DNA of 64,000 nucleotides, from assembly GCA_951406725.2 (NCBI GenBank), contig OX597817.1, positions 29,636,001 to 29,700,000 on the forward strand. Reading direction: 5' to 3'. Positions 11,993-24,708 of the stretch are shown here, in pieces. A model generated the notes under the pieces. It searched no databases. It saw only the letters and a program-made list of their open reading frames with translations, and was not told where the DNA came from. The stretch comes from Octopus vulgaris. Taxonomy: Eukaryota. Numbering within the stretch: the first letter of the stretch is position 1; each line of letters starts with the position of its first letter. Both the position numbers and the translations under genes were made by a program.

Positions 11993-12075
11993 TGGCACTC
12001 CGACGGTTACCACGATGAGGGTTCCCCTTGATCTGATCACAGGAACAGCCTGCTCGTGAACTTAGCGTGTGGGGC
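11993..12075 (-). mobile_element. SINE family A 3' fragment
   Basis: GCACTCCGACGGTTACCACGATGAGGGTTCC…GGAACAGCCTGCTCGTGAA matches the family A tail. Confidence 0.8.
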
Positions 12076-12149
12076 GAGTTTATAAAAGTTTAAATATAAT
12101 AAAATAATAAAATAAATATATACGAATTATAAAAATAAAATTAATATAT

Positions 12150-12400
12150 ACGTGCCGGTGGCACGTAAAAAGCACCAACCAGTCGTGGCCGTTGCCAGCC
12201 TCATCTGGTCCCTGTGCCGGTGGCACGTAAAACGTACCCACTACACTCATGGAATGGTTGGTGTTAGGAAGGGCATCCAACTGTGGAAACACTGCCAGAT
12301 CAGACTGGAGCCTTGTGCAGCCCCTGGCTTCCCAGACCCCGGTTGAACCGTCCAATTCATGCTAGCATGGAAAACGGACGTTAAACGATGATGATGATGT
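12150..12400 (+). mobile_element. 3' part of a further SINE-like retroposon (family D) ending in (ATG)n
   Basis: Internal duplication of GTGCCGGTGGCACGTAAAA, motif GTTGGTGTTAGGAAGGGCATCCA, and tail GGACGTTAAACGATGATGATGATG. Confidence 0.7.
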
Positions 12401-12736
12401 ACAAATTATAAAAATAATGAAAAATATACAGTACAGTACTGATTCTACTTTGCGGATTTTTACCAATCATGGGGTGGTTTGGAACGTAACACCTACGATA
12501 GTCAAGTGATTACTGTATATATATATATATATATACATAAACATAGTAAATGGGGTACTAAAATAAATTGTTATTACCAGTGATCTAGCACAAAAGACAA
12601 ATTAGTCATTAGACTATATGTTATTCATATATAAGTACATTAAACGTTTGTAAACGTTTTTGATTTTCATTTCATGAATTTATCCCCTTTTTGTGTATTT
12701 AGTACTTGCTTCTTCTTTTAGAGGCCTTTTAATGTA

Positions 12737-12805
<69 letters not shown>

Positions 12806-12832
12806 CTTAAAATAGAATAGAAGATCTGAAAT

Positions 12833-12878
12833 CCACCTGATGAATGTCCTGAGAAGAGACATGAAACAATTGTAGTGG
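12833..12878 (+). ncRNA. Minimal type I hammerhead ribozyme motif
   Basis: CCAC-CTGATGA-ATGTC(ctgagaaga)GACAT-GAAA-CAATTG-TA-GTGG. Stem I is CCAC/GTGG, the core CUGAUGA and GAAA are intact, stem II is 5 bp, stem III is the palindrome ACAATTGT, and the cleavage triplet is GUA. Confidence 0.75.
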
Positions 12879-13055
12879 CGAATATAATTTTATTTAATTT
12901 ATATTAAAATGTGTTTATGTATTGGATTAAGTCTTTCTTTGTTTGATTTGCAAAATAGTGTTTTTTTCTCTAATTAATATTATATAATATTTTACTATAA
13001 AATTGGATTCAATCCTAAATCTGATTTTCCTTGTAAATTTGGATTTATTCCCTAA

Positions 13056-13130
<75 letters not shown>

Positions 13131-13132
<2 letters not shown>

Positions 13133-13320
13133 CGGGAAGCTTTATGAAAATAAACAAAAGACGAAGGCAGGTGGAATACAAACAAACAATTGTATTAGTA
13201 TGGCGCTCAGGAATATAAATAAAACAAGTCTTTTACGTTTCGAGCCTACGCTCTTCAACAGAAAGATACACAGAAAAGAAACATAGAAAGAAACAAGGAG
13301 AGAAAAAAAGGAGAGAAATA
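13131..13320 (-). mobile_element. Second copy of the 10400-10620 repeat
   Basis: ACGTTTCGAGCCTACGCTCTTC and AAACAAAAGACGAAGGCAGGTGG are reverse complements of the 10465-10570 region. Confidence 0.75.
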
Positions 13321-14093
13321 TATATATTTAATCTCTATCGTTTTATGCCTTTCACTCTACCGTTACATCCATTTAGTCTTCTTTCCATTTACCCATCTAC
13401 TCATCCTTCCATGACTCTTTTCGTTTCACTCCACTCCCTACTCTGTTTTATCTCTGCAATAATCCTTCCTCTCTCTCTCACTCCTTATCTTTCTCTCAAC
13501 CCACTCGTACCCTTTTTCTCTCTCCTCTCAAAAGGCACCATGTAACCTTCCTGTTTTCCCAACTACCTATTCTTTTTTCTGAATCGATCAGTCCGGTTAT
13601 TTCTCATTTCCTGGTTCGTTAAAATCAGTCCTTTTCGCGAGGTCAAAACGCGCATTATCCTTCCTCCGTTCGTGCGATCTCTGTTAATCTTTCTATTTTC
13701 CCCCCTCATTCTCTCTATCAATCTATCTTCTATCTATCGTTTCTCTATCGCTCCCTATCTATCTTTCTGTCTCTACACATCTACCAACCTATTTATTCTT
13801 ATTTCTTTACACTTACTTTTCCATAGCTTTCTCTGTCGAGCATTTTCACTAGATAACTATCTTTGTCATTTTTTTCTCCTTATACGTACTTTTCTTTCAA
13901 TGCTTGCATCCATTTATCTTTCTATCATTGTATTTTTCTACTTTGCTTCCTTCTTTATACCTATTTATCTCTAACATTTTATCTATTCCTCTTTTCGTTT
14001 CATCATTCCCAACTCTGTTTTTTATTCTTCTGAAACAGCTCAGTCAGTCAGACACTAACTCATACACACTTCCCTCGCTCTATATCTATCTAT

Positions 14094-14162
<69 letters not shown>

Positions 14163-14339
14163 TTATCTCTTTCACACTTTCTATCTTTCTCTGAACACAC
14201 CAGTGCTTTCCTAACTTACATTCCCTCCCACTTCACAAGGCATCAAAGTACCTTCTTCCTCTTTCTCAAGCTACCCATTCTTTTCATGAATTGATCACCT
14301 ACTGGTCAGTCACTTTTTCCATCGGCTGATTTGCCAAAA

Positions 14340-14770
14340 ATTTAAAATTTAGTTCCAGCTTCTAGTTTGTCTAATTTTTGAAAATTTAGAAAAGAAATTT
14401 TATACGTTTTTCTCATGTCCGAAAAGACTTGTCTTATTTTTGTCACTAAATTAGAAGGATATTCTACATATGCGAATACCCATCTTCTTTTACAATCCTT
14501 GCTTATTAGAGTAGTGAGAATATTCATCATTCACCAGAATGTTGAGATTCACTGGAATATTGCCCACTTGATCAACAGGTATCTGGCCAATTGCGACTTC
14601 ATGTGGAAAATGGCTCCAGCGACTGATATCAATTTTTGGTGCTCACCCTTCTGAGCCTCTCGATCGCTATTAAATCAACACATGTGACCACCCGACTCAG
14701 AGAGCCTTGGTTGTAGCAGAGACGACTGGCAGACGACATGGCGAACAGACATGAGCAGCGGCTGAACCTA
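14340..14770 (-). mobile_element. Retroelement fragment, probably Penelope-like 5'/LTR region
   Basis: 14634-14753 is an inverted homologue (about 88% by eye) of 15982-16102. The peptide LVTKIRQVFSDMRKTYKISFLNFQKLDKLEAGTKF is reminiscent of Penelope ORF N-termini (weak). Confidence 0.4.
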
Positions 14771-15249
14771 GCTGATATCATCATGACAAACTATCCCCGG
14801 TAATACAATGACTAGCAGTAACTTTTCTGATACTATTTCAGTTATAATATCACTCAAACTCTCTCAACTTTTATCTTAATACTATTTCAATAACATTTAG
14901 TCTCTAAACATTTGTCGTAGTACTATTTCTATCCGTTAAACCAAACACAATCACATTCAGCCTCTCTCAACCAGAGATAAAGTTTGTGTAAATCTCACCA
15001 GATTTCGTCGCTTTCTTCTATGCACAACTGTTGACCTCCGACGCTAGAAATAACAGTCAGCTCTTAACTTCAGTAATCAGATACAGCTTCTAGCAGTTAG
15101 CAAATTAGCTCAACTAACAATAGTAGCCAACATCTACCAGCCACATTAGTTTCTTTCGTTAAATATTTTATATCAGCTCACTGCCAACAAGTAAGATATA
15201 GTTCCCTTCATTTTTCAGCACTAAGTTAATGTATTTATTTTTGCTGTTG

Positions 15250-15560
15250 TTGCTTATTTGAAGGATGTCTGCACTAATATCAAGACTCTATTTCCTTTAT
15301 CCCCTCTTCAGTAGAGCCCGTTGATATCACTATTTCTGTGGAAATTTCTGGTTGATGTCAGTATCATGCTGGTTTTAACGTCTATGAAGTGGATCTCTTC
15401 TACAGACCGATAAAGTACCCCAATTATTGGAATTAACACTGGTGCTGCAGATGCATTGTGAGATATTGTCTTGTAAGAAAAGAGTTTCGACTGCCATATT
15501 TTTCTAAATCTGGCATTATATTCTCGGGTCACTGTCTTTATTCACAGAACCTTGATATGA
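15250..15560 (-). mobile_element. R4/Dong-clade LINE fragment (post-RT region)
   Basis: TREYNARFRKIWQSKLFSYKTISHNASAAPVLIPIIGVLYRSVEEIHFIDVKTSMILTSTRNFHRNSDINGLY fits the R4/Dong pattern EY..R.RKIW.S.L…N..A.PVL…ID.KTRK.LT…H..SD..RLY. Confidence 0.75.
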
Positions 15561-15574
15561 TATGTATGTGGGTA

Positions 15575-15742
15575 TGATAGGCTTCTATACAATGTTTGTC
15601 AATAAAATTCGCTCACAAGCCATTGGCTGGCCTGGAACTGTAGTAGAAGTCACTTGTTCAAGGTGCAGAGCAGTAGAACTGAACACAAAACTATATGGGT
15701 TCAAGGTGAGCTTCTCAACCACATGGGCATGACTGTGCCTAT
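15575..15742 (-). mobile_element. SINE family C, diverged 5' half
   Basis: CTCACAAGCCATTGGCTGGCC…GTAGAAGTCACTTGTTCAAGGTGC…ACTGAAC resembles the family C head. Confidence 0.6.
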
Positions 15743-15817
15743 TAAATCATCATCTTGTGGTTATTGTGTGTCTTGTTATGTTAGAATCTACAGTTTCTGA
15801 ATAACTATAAAGGTATT

Positions 15818-16221
15818 ATGTTGTGTCTGGGGAGAGTCATTTTCTTTTTGTGCCTTATAATTTAACACACTCACCAGTAAAATTTCCACTTTTTTGTTAT
15901 TTTTATTTTCCTAAACTTTTCGTTGCAAGATGCAACGAAAATTTTAGGAAAATAAAAATAAGAAAAAAGTGGAAATTTTACCATGTCTGTTTGCCATGTC
16001 GTCTGCCAGTCGTTTCTGCTACAACCAAGGCTCTCTGGGCCAGGCGGTCACATGTGTTGATTTAATACCAATCAAGCCGCTCAGAAAGGAGAGCACCAAA
16101 AAAGTGGAAATTTTACATTATAAGGCACAAAAAGAAAATGACTCTCCCCAGACACAACAGACTATGCTTCAACACACGAACTCATATAAAGAATCTTGCA
16201 AACCAAATCCCAAAAACGAAA
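15818..16221. mobile_element. Palindromic (foldback) insertion of a Penelope-LTR-like repeat
   Basis: Arms GTGTCTGGGGAGAGTCATTTTCTTTTTGTGCCTTATAAT and its reverse complement, centred on GTTGCAAGATGCAAC. 12-bp TSD TATAAAGGTATT at 15806-15817 and 16222-16233. Same family as 60843-61222. Confidence 0.8.
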
Positions 16222-17101
16222 TATAAAGGTATTGTTAAATGCGTAATATATGCTTTCTTGTTTATTTAGGAGTTCAAATCTTACTTCCAGAACTACATTG
16301 AGATACTGAGGAAGAAAATAGAAAGCTAAAATGGAAATATTACAGCTAAGTGTTAATCTAAAAGAATAAATGATAGTCTGTTATGTAGCTTACAATATTG
16401 TTGTAATGACAGATTAACTCTTATCTACAAGCACCAGTATATCAATGACAAGAATGAAGTAAATGACCTGCCCTTGTCAAGAACTGTGTAGTTATATTTA
16501 TACACCATATCAAATTAATTCATGCATAAATGTCCACTTGTCTCTTGACAATAGTATTCCAATACCAATATGGCAATAGTTTTCTTATTCTTTACAATAT
16601 ATACTGTAATATTTATCATAACTTACTGAAATAGTGACACAAACTTTCTTATGAAAATATTAACTCAATATTTGTTTGCTTGCAATGTAAATTGCAACGT
16701 TTCTTACAGCAAAGAAGGAAACATTTCATTCTCTTTCTTTGTTCATTTCTTAACACTGTTTTGTTCTACATGTAAATTTGATTAAATTGTGAATTCAACC
16801 ACATGAATTTTCAGTTAAAATACTGAAAGTTTATTTATAAAAACTCCCTTGTGTAAAATATTCTTTGAACAGAACATTTATTTGAGGTAAAAAGCAAAGT
16901 GGTAATTATTTCCTTTGCAAAATGCTGAAGTTGCCATTCGTCATATTTCTTGTTTTCTATATTTAATGATAAATTTGATCAATCTATTGGAACAAAAGAT
17001 TTTCCAGAAAATACTGTCAGGTTTTACAAATGTTTCTTTCATATTTAAAAGAATAGATGGTATGAACGAAGTTATAAACCTTAACAGGAAAAAGACATTT
17101 A

Positions 17102-17343
17102 AAGGCAGCAAGCTGGCAGAAACGTTAGCATGCTGGGCGAAATGTTTAGCGGTATTTCGTCTGCCATTACGTTCTGAGTTCAAATTCTGCCGAGGTCGAC
17201 TTAGCCTTTCACCCTTTCAAGGTCGATAAATTAAGTACCAGTTACGCACTGGGGTCGATATAATCGAATTAATCCGTTAGTCTGTCCTTGTTTGTCCTTC
17301 TTCTCTGTGTTTAGCACCTTATGGGTAGTAAACAAATAAGAAT
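17102..17343 (+). mobile_element. SINE family B (tRNA-like head plus Meta/MESC-like domain)
   Basis: GCTGGCAGAAACGTTAGCA…GAGTTCAAATTC…GGTCGACTTAGCCTTTCACCCTTTCAAGGTCGATAAATTAAGTACCAG. TSD AAGACATTTA at 17092-17101 and 17344-17353. Confidence 0.88.
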
Positions 17344-18462
17344 AAGACATTTAGAAAATTGGGGGGTTTTGGCATTAGTATGAGGGAGTCTAGTTAGTGC
17401 AGCTGTTTGTCCCAGGTCCTTGAGCAAGTAGATTCACGATCAGAAACATTGCAGATATAACCACCCCGGTCTTTTGTGCATGTAAGACAACATCACAATG
17501 ACTTTTTGTTAAATCAGTAAAATGTGATTTAAGGCGACCTTACTGCTATTTCTAGCAGGTTGTGTAAGCAGATAGAATCTTGCTTAATGGCTCACTTCGA
17601 TTTTGGAAAAATGAACGAATACAGAAATTTAGTGAGAGCCATACGAAGAGATACCATACAATTTCAGTAGATTGGGGTTGTCATTCAGATAATGGTTTAG
17701 AAAATATGCAAGTAATGTATAGAGCATTGGGATCAATTGTGACTAATAGAAGTGGATGAAATAAACAAAGGCTGAGCTAACATAATAGAAGCACAGGTTA
17801 GAATTAGTGAGACAATTATGATGACAATATGTGTTGGGAACGATGATGGCAATGCCTTTCACAATATCTGGAAAATACTAACAATGGTGTTTCTACTGAT
17901 AGGAATGAGGGTGGGGAAATGATGGCAAGGATGTTAATTATTTGATGATTCTAACAAATTGTGCACTGATGTGAAGCCAGGTTGAATATAAAGCTTTTAG
18001 TAAGTATGATAAAACAACTTGTATTCAAATAAATTCCTCATATTCTGCTTAATATGTGTGAAGGATTGATTTACTCTGTTCCAGAAGTCTATTCAATTGA
18101 TGCAGATTGTGCAATCAGTTGTGATCAAACAAAATTTTAGCCGATATGAACAGGAATATACTAAAATGTTTGTAATAGAGGTGGCTGGAATTGCTATTGA
18201 CTGTAGAAGATTTGCATTTAGTAGTAGAGATCTTTGCATGAGGAATTTAATACTAAATAAGCTGCTATGCTTCACGGTTGTATGTAATCTGCAATCCAAA
18301 TCAAACAAAGTATGATGGTCTAAAACTGAATAATAGCCTCAAGTCTAAGACTGAAAGTTTTCATTTTCATCTGCTATCAATCCTTAAAAACTAAAGCAAT
18401 TCAGAATAAAGTACTCCACCTGAAAATCAAATGACAGTTCAGCAGTGAATCTAAGTTCTTGA

Positions 18463-18770
18463 TCCATGGTGCATCACGTTATTCCATGATGTATCTTATT
18501 TCATGATGCAAGATTATTCTATGATGTACCTTATCCAATGATGCATCATTATTCTATGATGTCTTATCCCATGATGCATCATTATTCTACGATGTATCTT
18601 ATTCTATGATTCATAATTATTCCATGATGTATCTTATTTCATGATGCATCATTATTCTATGATGTCTTATCCCATGATGCATCATTATTCTATGATTCAT
18701 CATTATTCTATGATGTATCTTATTTTACGATGAATCATTATTCTATGATGTATCTTATTCCATGATGCAG
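18463..18770. repeat. Degenerate 15-18-bp minisatellite (…ATGATGCATCATTATTCT / ATGATGTATCTTATTCC…)
   Basis: About 18 imperfect alternating units read directly. Confidence 0.9.
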
Positions 18771-20147
18771 CTCATCTTTCTTGAGTAAACTATCATAAGG
18801 ATGATCAAAAAGGCTATTGAGGACTAAGGAAAATGATACCATTAAAGCAAAATTCTCATTTACAATTTCCTTAAAAATTATTACCATATTTGTCTGTACC
18901 TCATTAAAGTACATTTATTGACAAAGACATTTGATAAACACACTGATGAAATCATTTGAAAATAGATGTTCTAACTAATGCCAGTAAATCAGTTGTGGCA
19001 TCTGATGTTTGGTGATGATGGCATAGAAGAAGAGAAAGCAACTAATTTCTGTCATCTTTCAAATTAATTTTAAATTATTGGCTAGCAAGCAACATTAGGT
19101 AGAAAAAGTAAATAGTTTAAGTCTAGAAAATTGCATTCTGAATTTCAGGTTTAGAAAACAGCATTCTGGTTTCTGTCAAAAAGCAAATACCTTGAGATTT
19201 ACCATTAAGTAAAGCAAATATTTATTTTGGTTTTTACTCTTTACAATAAATGCTAGAAATTTCTTTGATACATTATGTCATTTTAACTGCTAATATTTGA
19301 TAAGCCATTCTTAAAACAGATTTTCTTTCTTTGATAAGTTAATTATTCACTGAAGGAGGCAATTGAAAACCAGATAATTTTTATTTACTTTGGTTCTCCG
19401 TCCTTATGTGCTTTAAATAGGGCATTAAAAAGGAATAGCAATAAATATTAATGAATATGATGAAAATTGATAAAGATCTGAAAACACCAGAGATAGAAAC
19501 TATAGATTGCAGAGTTGGGTAAAAGAGTGTTGGAAGCAGTGATTACTGTAGTTCTAATAATGTTAATCATTATTCTGTCCAGAAGCTGCCAATTATAATA
19601 TCATTTCAATTTGGATAATCTATCTGTGTAATTTGTAACCATTTATATATATTACATTTTCTATAGCGGTAGTACCTTGCTGTTTATTGTTGTCATGAAA
19701 CATTATATACATATTAATAGCAAGGAAATAAAACAATCTAACAACGAAAACAAAAACAAGCAAAAACAAAATATATATATATAAAGTAGCAAGATTTTGT
19801 CTTCAATGGAATGGAAGGTAATTACACCTTTGATTATTATCAACCATCAAATAAATCTTGTACATCAATGTATTTATAAAGCCATTTGAAGACATACTTC
19901 AGTTCAATACTTGTATATTAATGCTGGTTAGTAACAGAGAGAGAGATAGAGAGAGAGGGAGAGGGAGACAGGGAGAGGGAGACAGGGAGAGTGAGAGAGG
20001 GAAAGAAAGACTGAGGATGGGATGGGATTTAAATTTGGTTGCCAGTGGATTTCAATTGTAAGCATAAATAACAAATCAGCTTTAACTAAATATATGTTAT
20101 GTCTTGCACAGAGAGTATTGTATTGTATTGTAATAAGTGCACACATT

Positions 20148-20806
20148 GAGGCAGCGAGCTGGCTGCCAGAAACGTTAGCACGCCGGGCGAAATGCTTAGC
20201 AGTATTTCGTCTGCCGTTACGTTCTGAGTTCAAATTCCACTGAGGTCCTACTTTGCCTTTCATCCTTTTTGGGGTCGATAAATTAAGTACCATTTACGCA
20301 CTGGGGTCGAGATGTAATCGACTTAATCCCTTTGTCTGTCCTTGTTTGTCCCCTCTGTGTTTAGCCCCTTATGGGCAATTAAGAAATAAATGTTAGCACA
20401 CTAGGCGAAATGCTTAGCAGTATTTCGTCAGTCTTTATGTTCTGAGTTCAAATTCCGCTGAGGTCCTACTTTGCCTTTCATTCTTTTGGGGGTCGATAAA
20501 TTAAGTACCAGTTACGCACTGGAGTCGAGATGTAATCGACTTAATCCCTTTGTCTGTCCTTGTTTGTCCCTTCTATGTTTAGCCCCTTGTGGGCAACAAA
20601 GAAATAAGAATCGTTAGCACACCGAGCAAAATGCTTAGAATTATTTCGTCTGTCTTTATGTTCTGAGTTCAAATTCCACCGAGATCGACTTTGCCTTTCA
20701 TCCTTACGGGTCGATAAATTAAGTACCAGGTGCGTACTGGGGTCGATCTAATCGACTGGCCCCCTCCCCCAAATTTCGGGCCTTGTGCCTAGAGTAGAAA
20801 AAAAAG
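20148..20806 (+). mobile_element. SINE family B trimer
   Basis: Three head-to-tail modules start at ~20148, ~20391 and ~20608. One flanking TSD, AATAA(G/T)TGCACA, lies at 20132-20143 and 20807-20818. Confidence 0.85.
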
Positions 20807-20818
20807 AATAATTGCACA

Positions 20819-21313
20819 TAGGCGTAGGAGTGACTGTGTGGTAAGTAGCTTGCTTACCAAAGCCTCGGGTCGACCAAAGCCTTGTGAGTGGATTTGGTAG
20901 ACGGAAACTGAAAGAGGTCCGTCGTATACATGTATAAACTCTTTACTCTCTTTTACTTGTTTCAGTCATTTGACTGCGGCCTTTAGTCGAGCAAATCGAC
21001 CCCGGGACTTATTCTTTGTAAGCCCAGTACTTATTTTATCGGTCTCTTTTGCCGAACCGCTAAGTGACGGGGACGTAAACACCCCAGCACCGGTTGTCAA
21101 GCAATGCTAGGGGGACAAACACACACACATACACAATATATATACTTATATACGACAGGCTTCTTTCAGTTTCCGTCTACCAAATCCACTCACAAGGCAT
21201 TGGTCGGCCCGGGGCTATAGCAGAAGACACTTGCCCAAGATGCCACGCAGTGGGACTGAACCCGGAACCATGTGGTTGGTTAGCAAGATACTTACCACAC
21301 AGCCACTCCTGCG

Positions 21314-21368
<55 letters not shown>

Positions 21369-21563
21369 ATATGTTTGAGTATCTGTGTTTGTCTACCCAA
21401 CATCGCTTGACAACCGATGCTGATGTGTTTACGTCTCCGTAACTTAGCGGTTTGGCAAAAGAAACCAATAGGCTTACAAAGAACAAGTCCTGGGGTCGAT
21501 TTGCTTGACTAAAGGCGGTACTCCAGCATGGCCATAGTCACGTGACTGAAACAAGTAAAAGAG
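20819..21563. mobile_element. Cluster of SINE family C: + head (20819-20940), full minus copy (20941-21317), + 3' half (~21350-21563)
   Basis: Homology to 51634-52048. The arrangement is consistent with one copy nested, inverted, in the internal microsatellite of another. Confidence 0.85.
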
Positions 21564-21834
21564 ATATAATGTTCTTATAAGAAATAAATATTATTATCAC
21601 AAGGAAGGTAGAATGGAGAATTGATAGAGCACTAGATAAAATATTGTGCAGTAGACATGTTCATTATCTTCTAAATTGAAATCTCACTGGAAGTGGATTT
21701 ACCAATCATCTCTCAATATGATCAAGTAGAAGCGAAATACTGGTTCGTTCAGTTGACTGCACTCTTCCCTTAAAATTTGTGACTATGCACCATTGTTATA
21801 AATATTAGTAATAATATTATCTACTATAAGGTAT

Positions 21835-21993
21835 AAGGCCTGAAATGTTGAGGAAGGGAGTTAGTCGATCCCAGTCTTCAATGGTGCTAATTTTATCAAC
21901 CCCAAAAGATGAAAGGCAAGTCAACTTTGGTGGAATTTGAACTCAGAATGTAAAGACGGCTGAAATGCAGCTAAGTATTTTGCCCAGTGCCAC
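21835..21993 (-). mobile_element. SINE family B, diverged
   Basis: GATGAAAGGCAAGTCAACTTTGGTGGAATTTGAACTCAGAATG is the reverse complement of the family B core. Confidence 0.75.
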
Positions 21994-22190
<197 letters not shown>

Positions 22191-22683
22191 GTGGCTTCTG
22201 ATCTTAACTGATTGGAAGTGTTATCATGTACATTGTTTTGTCTTGGTATAAAAGATGGGCTAGAGCAAATATTCTGCTCAATACTACAGATTTGCATGTT
22301 CCTTAGTGGCTGGCGATATGTGCATCTCTGATCACGATCAGAAATAGTGGGGGAGCATCACAGCCATGTATTGAGAGGGATGCTTTGGGGTTTGAATAAT
22401 TCGCCTCTCGAAAAATGGGTTTTTCGTTCAACATACTTAAACAACCCTTATTCAGGGACGTTTTGAGCGGGATGAGTTACTCGACCAGAAGAAAATTCTA
22501 ACTGGGCCCCACCTGCAAGGTCATGTGCTGTTTATCTTGATATGAGATCACCATGTCGTGCACATATGGTTGTGATGCATGTGCCTAGAGTACCCTTATC
22601 AGACGGGTAGTCATGATGTGTATACTGGGCTTCGTATATTTAACCCCAGTGTCACTTTGATGGCATGCACTGCTCTCTCACTC
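22191..22683 (+). mobile_element. Probable LINE 3'UTR (Dong/R4-like) inserted in (TAA)n
   Basis: A 490-bp non-repetitive block bounded on both sides by (AAT)n and ending …GCACTGCTCTCTCACTC(AAT)n. Dong elements are known to target TAA repeats. The clade assignment is inference. Confidence 0.5.
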
Positions 22684-22750
<67 letters not shown>

Positions 22751-24558
22751 TTAATAATAATAATTTTAAGAACAGAAGATTAAAAACATCAAGTTCAATG
22801 AGATTATGCTGCTGAAAAAGTACGTGCCAAGATTGAGCCACCACAAGCACATATCCAAAACGAAACTAAAGATGGAGATATATGATTCACTTACAAATAC
22901 TACAGAGTAACATCCTGGAAGAGATCAAAAAAGGAGCAGCAGAATCACTTCCTAAAAACTCCTTACTGTAAGTAAAAGTATCGCTCATCTTCAATTCCAT
23001 AAATTCTATGAAAAAAGCTTCCACGACTGCATACAGGAAAGGATTGAGGAATAAATATAAGAATGATAAATATAAAAAAAGGTCTGCTGGTGTGGAATTG
23101 TTTTTAAGATTCACCAAACGAAAGGCGTAAATCGAAGACTTTGTGGAATAGAATTAACGCTAGAAAAAGAGCTTCCATCCGTCACCTACTCCGACATGAA
23201 ATTTGAAATTTAACTTGAAGAAAGTGAAATATTTAAAATTAAAGTATAAAATTATCTCACTTTTCAGTTTCGTATCGCGTTATTAATTTAGTAGTAAAGT
23301 AATTTGGAGTCTAAGCAACGACGGATTAAAATTTGTAAAACTGTTTGTTTTCTCCTGAATTAGATTTTGAATAAATCTTGCAGTTAAGAGTATTATAGAA
23401 ATTATATAATATGGATTACTAGATAATTCTGACAAGAAAATTGTACACATTATATCAAACAAAGGTAAGTTAATAAGGAAGTTTCTGGCTTCCAGAATCT
23501 ATACATGTCCTTTAAAGTTCACACAAACTGCAGGAAACATATCTTAGATAAAATAAAATCTGATGAGAGATTCAGCGAATAATAGTGTTTAAAAACGAAA
23601 AGATATCATTAAAGTAAACCAGGGATTAAATGACTGATGATTAGCTCTGTAACAATTCTTTGAAGTTTTATTGTTGAAAACAAAAATAAATACAATGAAC
23701 ATTGAAGTGATATATCTTAGTCGTATCAAATAGAGTATTATGTAAACTAGAAAGGGAAGTATTCAGGCATTATGAAACCAGAGCAAACAGAAAATAATTA
23801 AAGTTAAGATACTGTTGAAAAATAAAGAAGCTTTGAGGATCTATTGTATAAACTGAAGTTTCAGTTGATCATGAATCTGCAGAGATCTCAGTTACTCTCA
23901 GGTAAGACAAATATTCATCAGTTTCAACAATGATAATAACAAAGTCTGACTGTACTAGTGTAATAGGTTTTGAGTTAGAAACGTGATAAGTTAAAGAAGA
24001 ATCATGCCAATAATTTTGGAGTATTCGACTACGTCACTTACGTTTTTTTGTATATTACAATTAGTAATTGAAAGTAATTCTGTTTTGAAGCCCATATTAC
24101 TAGAAAATGACACACGCCTTACAGAATAGGCATCGTTATTGTATTGTTTAGTTGCTGGTCAGACCTGATCCAGATGACTTATGATTAAAGCGTCCCATCT
24201 ATAACCATTTCGTATTTTTCCAAGAATGCATTTCGGAAAACATTCTTTGTGTCCTTCTTTTCTTCTATTTCTGTCAGGTCAACTGTAGGTGCTCTCTTAT
24301 TATTCGTAAAGGCATACATGTGTTATATATATGTGTATTGCGTATGTACATTATATATATATATACCATATAATATATTCTTAATATCAGGAAATCAATA
24401 TCAGAGAATTCTTCCGACAGATATATACGTGTGTAGAATAATTGTTGTATTAAAAATATAAATATATATAAAAATATATGTAAATATGTATAAGTATGAA
24501 TATATAATATATAATAATACATATGGCAATTTAAAAGTTTCGAATTAAATTTTTAAAG

Positions 24559-24645
24559 CATCTTACGATCGTTTCGCAGAAGTGTTGTCCCTATAATGGA
24601 ATCCTATATTGATAAGTATTTATAGACTACACTTCTGCTCCTCAT
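24559..24645 (-). ncRNA. Truncated hammerhead-like motif with long stem II
   Basis: Minus strand: (a)TGAGGA-GCAGAAGTGT…ACACTTCTGC-GAAA-CGATCG-TA-AGATG. The 5' stem I strand and core C are replaced by (TA)n. Confidence 0.5.
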
Positions 24646-24708
24646 ATATATATAGTCATATATATATACAGTCAAAAATTGTGAAGCATGACTGTCACCA
24701 CTATTACA

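Noticed and set aside
23558-23585. CTGATGA hammerhead-like starts here and at ~11020 (-), ~35100 (-) and ~56277
   Set aside because: No properly paired stem II followed by GAAA together with stems I and III.
22860-23990. Purine-rich stretch that looks like a decayed LINE ORF
   Set aside because: I could not recover a convincing RT or endonuclease motif by eye, so it is left unannotated.
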